Source: Squalus acanthias (lineage: Eukaryota). From it: a stretch of DNA of 64,000 nucleotides. The notes beneath the pieces were generated by a model. It did not search any database. It was not told where the DNA came from and saw nothing but the letters and a program-made list of their open reading frames with translations. Below, piece by piece: positions 50,706-63,610 of this stretch. Both the position numbers and the translations under genes were made by a program. Location of the stretch: the NCBI GenBank assembly GCA_030390025.1, contig CM059430.1, forward strand, positions 62,186,001-62,250,000. Reading direction: 5' to 3'. Each line of letters starts with the position of its first letter. The first letter of the stretch is position 1.

Positions 50706-52504
50706 GTTTTCTGAGCCGCTGTAATCAATGTTGCAGTATTCTAGTACATGAAGAAATTACATCGAGTTTCAGGGATTTAACCAGTGTTACCGTATTGATA
50801 TTGTATGTTGGTGAATAAATAAAACCTGCAGCATGAATCTAAGTCATAAACTAACCTGGAGAATTTAGTCTCACAATTGCCGCATTAGAAATGCTTTGCA
50901 AGTAACATTCATCTAAAAATGCTTACAATTATGGAGCGATTAAATAACATGCGCATCATTGCATATTTCTCTATTTATATTTTGGACAATATACACAACT
51001 GCAATTTGGGAGCCAATGTCATCAATATTATACTATTGTAATGCATAAAGGAATTGCATCGAATTGCAGCGATTTAACCAATTTGAGTGACCAGAACTTC
51101 TATGTGGACGTATATATAAAACGCCAGAAAATGCATTCAAGAATAATTTCTGCGGCTTGCCTTGCACTTAATATATTATATGGAAATGGAAACAATGGAA
51201 CATGTATAGGCGCCTTAAAGCGGATCAAATAAATATTGCAGACTGTTTCATTGGTGATGTTGAGATGTTACAAAGACAAATATGAAATTGAATCGCTGTT
51301 AGGTCTGAATATCTTATGTTGTTGCAATTACATTAATAACCAGCATTATTCGACACTCAATGCGTTTTCATGATGTTGCAATTCACAAAGCTAAATTTAA
51401 ACTTTGACAGTTGGTGCTTCGAGCTAAGCTACTGAGCCATGTTGTTTACTTAGCTCCAGAAAGCGATACGCTCGTCTCAATATTTAGCAAAACATCTCGT
51501 GCAGCTAAAAAAGATTGCTCAATGCTTCCGTTGATACTTTACATTCTATCAGATTCCAGGACTGATAGGATGGCCATATATTCATGTTTTTACTGCTGTA
51601 CGTGAATGTGTTATTTTCGTTTACGTAATTACCAAAATAATCTACTCCACGTTGATTTAATCTCCAGCTCGAAGCTAACGAATTGGTATTAGATGAGAAA
51701 ATAGCATGTGACATAGATTACAACATAATGCTAGCTAAACAGTTGCACATTTAATTGCATCTCGCAGGTCCTTCGTCATAAAACTGCTAATCTCTGGCAG
51801 AATGCTGAACTAATCAAGCTCAGTCAGCAGGAATTTCTAAAAGGCAGCTCGTGCTTCAATTACAGAATTCACTGAGGAAATAACAGAGGGAAGAGATAAA
51901 TGAAATGCAGCAGATGCAAGCCATGTGGATTATCAAAACGCTTTTGCTACGGTACCACCGACGATAAATCACGCGGAAGTAAGTGCTCCGTGGCCAGATG
52001 GATAGGGAGATGTTTTGAAGAGAAAAAGCAAAAAAGTTTAAGGATAAAAGGACGTTTTCAGTAGTGGCATGATGTACCGAGTGGTGTCCCACAGACACTG
52101 TGTTAGGCTGCTTTTATTTACTTTAAACATCAATGATCTTGTTGGGAAATTGAGGGAGCAACATTAAAATTTGCAGATGATAACTAAAGGGGAGTCGGGA
52201 AGGCAATTATGATGCAGATCCTGAATTGGTGCAGGCGACATCGATAATTAGCTCGAATGGCAGGTGGAAGTTTGATGTCAAATGCAGGGAAATGAGAACT
52301 AGTACATTTTGGAGTTAAAAGTAGGAACAGGAAATGCATCATGAATGGTAGGATTTTTAATGATGCAGAGGAGCAGAGAGACCTCAAGGAATGATGGCAA
52401 CATCAGTTTATTATGCAATAAAAGTGTAAAGGGAATGTCTTGGTTTAGTCTTTGGTGGTATAGCATACAGCAGCAAGAGGTAATGCCCAACTGATGTAAG
52501 AGTC

Positions 52505-55500
52505 ATAACAACATAGAAGGAGGCCATTCGGCCCATCCAGTCCGTGCCGGCTCTCTGTAGAGCAATTCAGTCAGTCCCATTCCCCCGGGCTATCCCCGTA
52601 GCCCTTCAAGTTTATTTCCCTCAAGTGACTATCCAGTCTCCCCTAGAAAACATTGAGAGTCTCCGCTTCCACAACTCCCGTAGCAGAGAGTTCCAGGTCA
52701 TAACCACTTGCTGCGTAAAAAAGTGTTTCCTCACATCCCCCCTGTATCTCTTGCCCAAAACCTTAGATCTGTTTCCCCTAGTCCTTGTACCATCAACTAG
52801 TGGGAACAGCCTTTTCCCGTCTAGCCTATCCAAACCCGTCATAATTTGTATACCTCTATCAAATCACGCATCAACCTCCTTTGTTCTAATGAAAAGAAAT
52901 CCAGCTTCTCCATGTCCTTGTCGCTAAGATCCCCCATCTCCGGAACCATTCTGCTAAACCTCCTCTGCACCCTCTCAAGTGCACACATCCTTTCTATAGG
53001 GTGGTGTCCAGAACTGGACACAATAGTCCAGTTGTGGCCTAACCAGCGCTATATAAAGGTCCAGCATAACTTTTCTACTTTTGTACTCAATACCTCTATT
53101 AATGAAGCCCAAGATCCCATATGCTTTGCTAACAACTCACTCAATCTGTCCTGCCACTTTTAGGGACCGATGCACATTAACTCCCAGGTCCCACTGTCCC
53201 TGTACACTCTTTAAAACTGTAATATTAAGTGTATATTGCCTCTCCCTGTTCCTTCTGCCAAAATGCATCACCTCACACGTCTCTGTATTTAATCCCATCT
53301 GCCACTTGTCTGCCCATTCTGCTAGCCTTTCTATGTCCTATTGTAGTCGATTGGTATCATCCTCACTGTTTGCCACACCCCCAAGTTTGTTGTCATTGGC
53401 AAATTTAGAAATTCTACTCAGTATTCCAATATCCAGGTCATTTATATATATCTCAAAAAAAGCAGTGGCCCCAGCACTGAACCTTGAGGAACACCATTAT
53501 CTACCATCCTCCAGCCTGAAAAACAGCAATTTACCACAACTCGCTGTTTTCTGTCCTTAAGCGAATTCCTTATACAAGCTGCCACTGACCCACCTATTCC
53601 ATGATCCTCAATTTTGTTAACCAGCCTTCTATGTGGTACCTTGGCAAACGCCTTCCTAAAATCCATGTAGATAACATCCATTGCATTTCCTTAATCAATC
53701 CTCCCTGTTATTTCATCAAAAAATTCAATTAGATTAGTCAAACATGATCTGCTTTTTACGAATCCATGTTGGCTCTCCTTAATTAGCTTAAACCTCTCCA
53801 AGTGCCCGTTCATTTTTTCCTTGATTATTGTTTCCAAAACTTTACCCACCACTGATGTTAAGCTGACTGGCCTGCAGTTACTAGGATTGTCCGTACACCC
53901 TTTCTTGAACAATGGTGTCATATTTGCCACTTTCCAATCCTCAGGCACCTACCCCGCATCTAGGGAAAATTGGAAAATTATGGCAAGCCCTTCTGCTATC
54001 TCCTTCCTAAATTCCCTTAACAACCTGGGATGGAAGCCATCTGGACCAGGCGACTTTTCCACTCTAAGCATACCCAGTCTTTCTAGTACATCCTGTCGAT
54101 CAATTTACACACCTTTCATTGCTTCTACTTGTTCCACTTCTGCCGATATTTTGTCAGCATCCACCTCCTTAGTGAACAACGATACAAAGTATTCATTGAT
54201 TACTCTAGCCTTGCCCTGTGCCTCTAAGCATATATCACCTTCTTTGTCCTTAATAGGCCCCAACCCACATCTTTCTACCCGCTTACTGTTTACATGCCGG
54301 TAGAAGATTTTTGGGTTCCCTTTTATTTTAACCGCCATTCTACTCTCATATTCTCTCTTTGCCAATCTTATTTTCGTCATCACTTCCCCTCTCAACTTTT
54401 TGTATTTGTTCTGGTTCTCCCTTGAAGAATTCACCTGACATTCACCATACACCCTCTTTCTTTGTTTCATCATCTTCTCAATCTCCCTCGTCATCCAAGG
54501 AGCCCTTGCTTTGGTTCCCTTCCGCTTTACTCTTGTTGGAATGTACCTGGACTGTACTTGGAACATCTCCTCTTAAAGATCACCCACTGTTCCGTTACAG
54601 TTTGTCCTGGCAGTCTTCAGTTCCATTTTACCCTGGTAAGATCCTTTCGCGTCCCATTGAAGTTAGCCCTATTCCAGGTTAGAAGTTCCACTCTGGATTG
54701 TTCCTTGCTCATCTCCATTGCTAATCTAAATCTTATGATATGATGATCACTCGTACCCAAGTGTTCTCCCACAGACACTTGGTCGACCTGGTCCACCTCA
54801 TTCCCCAGCACCAGATCCAGCAATGCCTGCTTCCTACTCGGGCCAAGAGCATACTGGTCAAGGAAATGCTCCTGAACACATTTCAGAAATTCCTCCTCCT
54901 TCTTTCCCTTTACTCTAGCATTATCCCAATCGATATTTGGGTATTAAAGTTCCCCAACATCATCACTCTATAGCTCTTGCATGTCTCTGCGATTTCCCTG
55001 CAGATTTCCTCCTCTACCTCCCTCTCACTATTTGGAGGCCTGTAGAATACCCACAATAGCCTGATCATACCCTCTTTGCTCCTCAACTCTAACCAAATGA
55101 ATTCTGTCCTTGTCCCCTCAAGAACATCCTTCCTTTCCAACATTACAATGTTTTCCTTAATCCGCACTGCCAACTCACCTCCCTTTATTCATTCCCTATC
55201 TTTTCTGAACACCGTGTACCCTTAAAATCAGCCCTCCGAAAGCTTGTGATTTCAAATAAACCTGTTGGACTATAACCTGGTGTTGTGCGACTTCTCACAT
55301 TTGTCCACCCCAGTTCAACACCCCCATCTCCACATCATGGCCTTAAACATTAAGTGCCCAGTCCTCACCGTTTTTAAGCCACCTTTCTGTTATTGCCAGA
55401 ACATCAGATTGCCACACGACTAATTGTGGTTGTAGCTCAGCAACCTTTTTCACCACATTTTGAGCGTTTATGTACATGCATTGTAAACACATTAAAAAAA

Positions 55501-56620
55501 AATTCGTAGCCTTTCTTAGTCTGCTCCTTTCTAAAATGTTATTACTTCCGCCTCCAGCACTACCTTCCCCTCCAGTACCATCCAACACACTCACTCTTCC
55601 ATGCACCACATTCCTCCCCTCTACTCTTACATGCTTGTGCCCATCCCCCTGCCAAGCTAGTTTAAACCCTCCCCAACAGCACTAGCAAACCTCCCCGTGA
55701 GAATATTGGTCCCAGCTCTGTTGAGGTGTAACCCGTCTGGCTTTCCCAGGTCTCACCTTCCCCAGAAATAGTTCCAATGCCTCAGGAATCTAAAGCCCTC
55801 CGTCCTGCACCATCTCTCCAGCCACGCATTCATCTGTTCTATCCTACTATTCCTGTACTCACTAGCACGTGGCACCGGGAGTAATCCAGAGATTACAACC
55901 TTTGAGGTTGTGCTTTTTAATCTCTTCCCTAACTCCCTATAGTCTGCCTGCAGTACCTCATCCCTCTCTCTGCCTATGTGGTTGGTACCAATATGGACAA
56001 CTACCTCTGGCTGTTTAGCCTCCCACCTCAGAGTGTCCTGCAGCCGCTCAGTGACATCCTTGACCCTGGCACCAGGGAGGCAACATAGCATTCCGGAGTC
56101 ACGTCTGCGTCAGCAGAAATGCCTACCTGTTCCCTAACCAATGAATCCCCTATCACTATTGCTCTTCCACTCTTCTCCCCAACCCCCTGCAGCTGAGCCA
56201 CCCATGGTGCCGTGGCCTTGGCTCTGGCTGCTCTCCCCAGAGGAGCCATCACCCCACCAGTTCCCAGAACTGCGAGCCGGTTAGCGAGGGAGATGCACTC
56301 TGGGGATTCCTGCCCTACCTGCCTGGACCTCTTTCTCTGACTGGTGGTCACCGATTCCCTCTCTACGTGCACATTCTGAGGCTGCAAGGTGACCACTTAT
56401 AGAAACATGCTTTCCAAGTATTTCTCAGCCTCGCGGATGCACTGTAGTGAATCCAGCTGCCACTCAATCTCCAAAACCCGGAGCTCGAGTTGCTGCAGTT
56501 GGCGACACATCCTGCACACGTGGTCATCCAGGCCGCAAGAAGCGTCCAGGATATTCCACATTGCACAGGATGTGCAAATCATGGAACTGGGTTGCCCTGC
56601 CATGCCTCTATTTACCAGAC
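52505..56620 (-). mobile_element. Near full-length decayed CR1 LINE: ORF1 zinc finger plus SGNH esterase; ORF2 APE endonuclease plus RT
   Basis: ORF1 CTSC...CRMC and CLPGARVKDV...VVVHIGTNHI; ORF2 ITERWL, YRPP, LDLVL, SDH, PEDWKVAN, DFRKAF, PQGSVLGPLLF. Confidence 0.92.
55228..55340 (+). mobile_element. Short Penelope-type 3' fragment inserted in CR1
   Basis: CCGAAAGCTTGTG...AATAAACCTGTTGGACTATAACCTGGTGTTGTG, flanked by CCTTAAA direct repeats. Confidence 0.55.
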
Positions 56621-58432
56621 TATGGAGGTAATTTAGCAGAAATAAACTTAAGAAGAAACACTCAACAGCTTCCCACCAATCAGCACCTCCATCTTTAGAT
56701 ATGCTATGAACTACTTAGCAGAAATATACTGAAAACAGAACAACAACACTTACCACAAATACTTTCCCTATACTCACCTCTCAGCTCCCTTGTGCCAGCG
56801 ACACCTTTTGAATTCTGACGTCACTCTTTCGTTTTGTCGATGCCAACTGTTTCCCTCGCAGGTAGTCCGCTGGCTCAGTCTCTCTCTGCATCGCGCTGCC
56901 TTTATCCACGGTCGCGGACTCCGTTCCTGCCGCAGGTCTGCTCGCTCAGACTCGATACTATGAAAGAATACAAAAGCAAATTACAAAGGTCCGTCTAAAT
57001 GGCCAAGAATGGAGAGTTACTATTAGAGAAGCACGGACTTTTTTAACTGGAGCTGAAAAAAATGATGAGTGACCTAATAGAGGTTTTCAACATTATGAGG
57101 CGTTATGATAAGCAAATAGTGATAGAATATTTCCAATGACCAGTAGACGGTTCCGCGTGAGCATAACTTTAACACAATCGCAAAAAATGAAGAGGTAAAA
57201 TACTCTTTGCACAGAGGCTGGTTAGAATATGAGCTGTGGACGTTCTCTGCCACAAAACATTGTTGCATCACTGCCCAGGAATTCTTTTAGAAGTGAATTA
57301 GTTGTTTGAAAAAGAGGAATATTAAAGTTATTAGAAATCTAAAAGGAAAATGGAACTCCCTAATTATTTCATATGGGGAGAAAAAAGGTACAGATTTTAG
57401 AGACGCGTGATCTGAATCTGTGCTGTAACATTCTAGGATTCCAAATTGCTTGTTAATGCACACAGACATCAAACCAGAACAGTTAGGCCGAGCAAGAGGC
57501 AGCGGTTTCACTTCGTCTTGTATTATCTTAAAATTTGGAGCTAAAGGCTTAGTCACTGGAACTGTTGGACTGCCTTTCTTCCAGTAACTAGCCGTAAATG
57601 TTCTATCCCTATCATTCAAGTGATCTACTTCCTCAATACTCACAGTTTAATCGTGGAAACGGCTAGTCAATCTTCAGCTAACGAGGCAGCCACGCTACAA
57701 TAGATAAATCGCTGTAGTTCTATTCTCTTTCTTGAGGCAACCTCTAGTTGCATGTCAAACCTTACAATCTGCTAATATCGACATTTTCCACGGCTTTGAA
57801 CTTTTTAAATCCTGCATCACTGTTAATTCGGACCTTTCCCCAATAAAAATGCATTCAGCTCTGTAGGGATTTTCTTACAAGTTCAGTACTATATCCCGGA
57901 TTCATTATTGTTGCTCGTCTGGGAACTCTCTAGAAGCACTATCCTTTTGAAGACAAAATCTAATGAGAACAATCGAGGCTATTCCTTTGGTAGCAACTTG
58001 AAATTGTCTGGGCGCATCGCTTCAAATAGGAATGGATAGTCATACAGAATTTAGAGAAAGGCATCTCATCCTCCATCATCTGCACGCTGTGTTCAGAGGG
58101 TTTATGGATTGGTCCAAATCAGGAGAATCGCCTGCACTTGAAGACAGGACACAGTAACGGAACACACAAATCAAAACACACAAAGCTTTACTCGGCAAGA
58201 AAATCACGGATGGTTGATTGATAAGAGAGATCTAATAATCTTTTTTTTATTGAATTGATGTATGAGGATAACTCGATACAGCAAAACAATTAGCGTATCA
58301 TTGCTGATATTTGTCATATATTAAGTACTACAGATTGATCAAAAATGTAAAAGCAAGGTTCATTTTATTACAAGTACTTAAATGAAAATTTCTCAAATAT
58401 TTAAGCAATAACAAACAATTACACCTACAATC

Positions 58433-58837
58433 TATGATATAGTACTGAAATTAGTTACTCTGTTTTCATTTGTTATTTTTGGGTTTCCTCGATTTTTTGG
58501 AGCCTGACAATCCTAGCGTCACGTAAGTCACTTGTTTGTTCGGTAAATCCGTGTATGGAAGGAATGTTTATGGGTCGGTTTGCCAGTTTCTTTTCTGCTG
58601 CTCATCAGAATAACACACAAAAAACCTGAGCTACAATACACGACTAGAGTCAGCCAACCATATATTCTCCATTATCGCATGAATGTTGGTGCTACTGTGG
58701 TGATCTGTGTCTGTCTCATCCACTTCTCAGCCCCGCCTGAGGGTACGCGGCACTCTCCTGTTCAAGTTTAAGACTTGAAGTTGACATAATGCTGCTCAAA
58801 TCTATTGCAGCATATTAGCGATTTGAGCCTTTGCTTC
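58433..58837 (-). pseudogene. Decayed ITIM exons of gene C
   Basis: 58837-58737 is a 101-nt copy of the 102-nt gene B exon, with a 1-nt deletion before the first Tyr and donor GT>GC. The terminal exon remnant keeps VTYVTL (58531-58514) but lacks its AG acceptor and the later Tyr motifs. Confidence 0.8.
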
Positions 58838-59233
58838 CTATATGGACCAGAAACAAAATATGTTGTTATGTGTCTGTTTCATTGCTTTCACCAGTTCACG
58901 TGCTGCTGCTGAAACATTGAACAGAACGACCTGGGCTGGAGATAAAGCACAAAAACCATAATGAATATCTTAAAATAAGTACGAATATAAAGGCCGATGA
59001 TTACTGCAATCACTGTAACTAATATTTAATCATGTCGATGTTCTCTCTGCAACACAGTTACAGACATCTTTAATGTGCAGCAGTTCTAGAATACGAATGC
59101 ATTAAGATTTTTACCCCCCCAAAAAACAAAGATCATTGATTCTATAAACAATTATTACCGAGGTACAGTTTCAACGAAACTGACAGTTTTCTCTTGTGCT
59201 CTTTAAACATTTATAACAGCACCCATCGGGAGC

Positions 59234-59337
59234 GGGGGAGAAATTGGTCTTCGGCGGGAGCGAAATGGGCGAAAGCGAATCAGCAACCCGTTGCACACCG
59301 CGCCCGATTTTGTTTTCGGAAGACCAATTTCATCCCC
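59234..59337. mobile_element. ~100-bp MITE-like element (related copy ~12290-12418)
   Basis: TIR GGGGAGAAATTGGTCTTC ... GAAGACCAATTTCATCCCC; nearly the same right end at ~12400-12418. Confidence 0.55.
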
Positions 59338-59461
59338 GAGCTCCCGGTGTTAAATATTTTTCTAAACACGATTTGAATGAGCCATTACGCGGGACAAATA
59401 CTGTTAGAAAATAGACAAACTGTTCTGACATGATTATGATATAATCTCTCCATTACAGCAA

Positions 59462-59550
59462 TCATTCTTCGTATTTCAACCCTTTGCGGAGATGCATGAA
59501 TGAACATTTCGGATCTTCACTGCGTAGCGGTCCCTTTACACCTTTTTCAC
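59462..59550 (-). CDS. Gene C first cytoplasmic exon, donor lost, predicted read-through short tail
   Basis: Intact acceptor TTCACAG|. At the position of the gene B donor (GTAGGTTCA) the sequence is AAATGTTCA. Read-through gives GEKGVKGPLRSEDPKCSFMHLRKGLKYEE*. Confidence 0.6.
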
Positions 59551-59948
59551 CTGTGAATTAATGACGTTTACACATAATGAATGATAGAAGTATTTACTCA
59601 GTTTCAATATCAGCGTTTTCAAAGACATTTCTAGAGAAGGTGCAAAGCCGAACAGGATTCTCAATTTCAGATTTTGCAGACAGTGTTTGAAATCGTAGCC
59701 CCTGTAGCGAGCAGCAATGGTCTTCAGCCATTTCGGGCCGGAGGCTCACCGCTTCACTCGAACTAATTGAGGACTCCCAACGGACTGGTTTGGAAAGTGA
59801 TTGTGTGTCTGAGCAAATTTCTTTTACCACTTGCTGCAAAGTGGAAATTTCAGTTGCATATATACAAATAATCAGATCCATTTTTAATTTGATTGTTGGA
59901 GTATTTCTGCGTGTTGTGCTAAAATCAAAGGCTTACAGCAGATCTTAC

Positions 59949-60062
59949 CTTTATTAATCTGAAATTGGCAGTGCGTCCCAATGATGATCAGGAGAACTAG
60001 AAACGCCAATCCACCCACCGCATATCTAAAATACGAGTAGTACGGGGACATACCGACATTAT
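59949..60062 (-). CDS. Gene C transmembrane exon with Arg (5' exons presumably beyond the window end)
   Basis: TTGCAG| DNVGMSPYYSYFRYAVGGLAFLVLLIIIGTHCQFQINK |GTAAG; open 114-nt exon homologous to the gene B TM exon; flanking intron 60240-60630 resembles 33020-33440. Confidence 0.85.
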
Positions 60063-61149
60063 CTGCAAGATTAATAGGAGCATATATATTATTGTATATT
60101 ATGGTGGGTGTTTTGTAAACAGAGGCCTAAGCAGAGTTAATTGGTTAATCTAATGGTGTTTGCAGTATCTCCGCAGTATAGCACGGAAAATGAAGCTTAA
60201 ATTAATATTTTTTTACAGAAAATATTACAGCGAACTTCATCATCGAATGGATGAGATGCTTCTGGAATAATCTGCGAAGCGGGTCCCGAATTTAAGGCTT
60301 TCGAACACTGTCGCAGCGGAGGTAGAATACGAGAGGGACACGTTTCCTTGAAACGAATGGTTTGTTATTTTTCTTGATTTTATTATGTTCTTTGCTTAAT
60401 TGTTTGACGGTGACAATTGTTTCGCCGTTGCCAGCATAAATGCCGAATTGCAGAAAACGGTTGAACCACTAAATCACTCTGCATGTATTGAAGTAAGAAT
60501 GTCACTAAATAGTAAAGGAGATCAACGCGGGGTGGTTTATTAATTATTGTCTGGTGAGGCAAACAGTTGTTATTAAAACAATGTAAGCGGCTGTACTGCA
60601 GTCAGGCTGTTAGCACAGTTTAAGTGAAATGTGTGAAACAGGTCCAACCCGCAATGCCATGGAGGGGTAAGGGGTACGTGTTGGCCAGTGGGTTAATTTC
60701 AGAACTCTTTACAAGGGTTCGCCGGAAGGGAGATCATGATCGGGAACTGCATTGGGAGAATCCCAGGCGCAGGCATCTTCAATGCAGCTCCTGATAACAC
60801 ACTTGATGCAGGAAAACTAGATAATGTAAGATAATAAAACCATTTTAACATGGAAAGAAAGAAAAAATGATTATTAACGGGCAGAATGTGAAATATAATG
60901 GAGCAACAAAGATAAACATCTTGGTGGTATTTAGCTGAAGTATCCGAAAGTGGGGTCAGGATCGGGAACTGCATTGGGAGAAATCTCAGAGCAAACAACA
61001 TGACTGTAGCTCTTGGTAACAGTCTTGCAAGGAGAACAGACAATGGTAAAGAACAAAACAATATTATCATGGAAACAGACGAAACTGGAAATTATTATTC
61101 ATAATAAGTAGGTGAGGAAATATAATCGGACAAAATATACATTGCTGCT

Positions 61150-61785
61150 TATGTTTCCAAGGGGTTGGTGTATAAGAGTAAGAAAGTCTTGCTTCAATTA
61201 TATTGGGATTTGGTGAGACAGCACCCGGTGTACTGTTTACCGTTTTGGCCTCCTTACCTACGGAAGTATATACTTGCCTTAGAGGGAGTGCAACGAAGGT
61301 TCATTAGTTTGATTCCTGGAATGAGAGGTGTGTCCTATGAGGAGCGATTGAATAGAATGGGCCTATATTCTCTGGAGTTTAGAAAAATGAAAGGTGATAT
61401 CGTTGAAATGTATAACATTCTTAGAGGGCTTGATAGGGTAGATGCTGAGAGGATGTTTCCCTCGGTTTGAGAATCTAGAACTAGTCGTCATAATCTCAGG
61501 ATAAGGGGTCGGCCATATAGGACTGAGATGAGGAGAAATTTATTCATTCAGATTGTTGTGAATCTTCGAAATTCTCTACCCCAGTGGGCTGTGGATGCTC
61601 AGTCGATGAAAATATTCAAGACAGGGATCGATAGATTTTTGGGCACTAAGGGAATCAAGGAATATGGGGATAGGATGGGAAAGTGGAGTTGAGGTAGAAG
61701 GTATTGAAGTATTGAATGGTGGAGCAGATTCGATGGGCCGTATGGACTACTGCTGCTCCTATTTCTTATGTTAATATGTTCTTAT
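61150..61785 (+). mobile_element. CR1 LINE 3' fragment
   Basis: LALEGVQRRFISLIPG...; TTCTTATG-type tail. Confidence 0.85.
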
Positions 61786-61879
61786 ATTTATCATACATCA
61801 AATAGAGAAACTTGCAATCAAATAAAGTTTGACTGAGAATATATGTGTGGCGGGCGATATAACCCATTTTACAACACAT

Positions 61880-63610
61880 CGGGTTGTTTTGGTCCACGTG
61901 GAACAAACTACATAGGTAGCAACAGGTAGGAGGTCCTGCTGAAGTCAGGAGCTAAATTGAAATGCAGGACATCGAGGGTAACAACCGTTGGATTATTACC
62001 CGAGCCACGTGCAAATTGGCATAGAAGCAGTCAGATTAGAGCAGTCAGATCAGATTAGTGGCTAAAGGGATGGTGTGGGAAAGAGGGTTCCTTTTCATGG
62101 GACACTGGCACCAGTACTGGGACAGGAAGTAGCTGTACCAATGGGATGGGCGCCACCTGAACCGGGATGGGACCCGTGTCCTAGCAGAAAGGGTGCATAG
62201 GGACGTGGCAAAGGCTTTAAATTAGTAAGATGGGGGGAGGGATACACAAGAAATGAAACCAGCTTAAATATAAACAAAACAGGAAATGAGAGCTTAGGAA
62301 AGAATAAAGTAAGGGAGTACATTGATAGCCAGGGAATAAATAGAGTTATAGAACAGGTGTGTGAAAAGATGGTTAAAAATGAAGTGAAAGTAAATGCTAT
62401 TAAAAATGTCTGGACAGCACACAGTGACCGTAATAAAACAGGGGAGCTGGAGGCAATCATGCATTGTGTGGAGCCAGACATAGTTGGGATTACTGAGACA
62501 TGGTTACAGAAAAATCAGGGCTGGGAATTAAAGATTGCAGGGCAGAACATATTTAGAAAAGATAGAGAGGGGAAAAGGGGAGGTGGAGTATCTGTACTTA
62601 TTAGGGATATCATAATAGCAGTAGAAAAAATTGACGCAGCTATAAGCATGACAGAAATAGAATGCATGTGGATAGAGATAAAAGATGATGAAGGGTAAAT
62701 CGCACTAATCGGGGTAGTCAACAGGCCACCTAATAGTGGAAGGGATGTGGAGGATGAAATATGCAAACAAATTAGGAAAATTATTAAAAAACTTAGAATA
62801 ATAATCATGGGGGATTTCAACTATCCAGATATTAATTGGACAGAAGAGGTCGGTAAAGGGGATAAGGGAATGGAGTTCCTACAATGTGTACAGGACTCCT
62901 TTCTAACCCAATATTTAAAAAGCCCAAGAAGGGAGGATTCGCTATTGGATCTAGTAATGGGGAATGAACCAGAGCAGATAAGAGAAGTAAAAGTAGGGGA
63001 ACATCTAGGCAATATTGACCATGATATAATACTCTTTAAAATAATAATTGAGAAGGACATAAGTATAACAAAGTCCATGGTAATATGGTAGAGAAAAGCT
63101 GAGGTTGAGGGGCTGAGAATAGAAATTGGGAAAATAAAATGGTCAAAGATATTGGCAAACAATGACATAAAACAACAATGGGAATCATTTAAAACTGTGT
63201 TCAACAGAGTCCAGGAAAAATATATTCTGCTAAAAAAACAAGAACAAGCTAAACACTACTGAGACACCATGGATGAATAAAGATATAATGGAAAATTGAG
63301 CGTAAGGAAAGAGGCATACATTAAGTACATGGACAGCAGAAGAGAGCATGATAAGGGAACATACGAGGAGATTAGGAGAGAAGTCAAAAAAAGGAAAAGC
63401 AAACAGGAACTATGAAATTAAATTTTCAAGGAACATAAAACAAAATAATAAAATATTTTACAGGCACATCAATAAAAAGGAAGGTCGAGTTGGGAATAGA
63501 GCCACTAAGGGATGGAAAGGGAAATACCACAGGCAGTGATAGAGAGATGGCAGAAATATTAAATAATTACTTTGCCTCTATATTTTCCAGGGAGATAGAA
63601 CAGGTGGATA
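61880..63610 (+). mobile_element. CR1 LINE fragment (end of ORF1 esterase plus ORF2 endonuclease)
   Basis: DIVGITETWL, GGGV, IIMGDFNYPDINW, LLDLVMGN. Confidence 0.85.

Noticed and set aside
51553-51640. Possible TM exon of the plus-strand relic gene
   Set aside because: Only a weak hydrophobic stretch after an AG, with no recognisable similarity to the three TM exons.
60739-60982. 22-bp direct repeat ATCGGGAACTGCATTGGGAGAA (two copies)
   Set aside because: Only two copies ~220 bp apart in an intron; not an array or CRISPR, and no function is evident.
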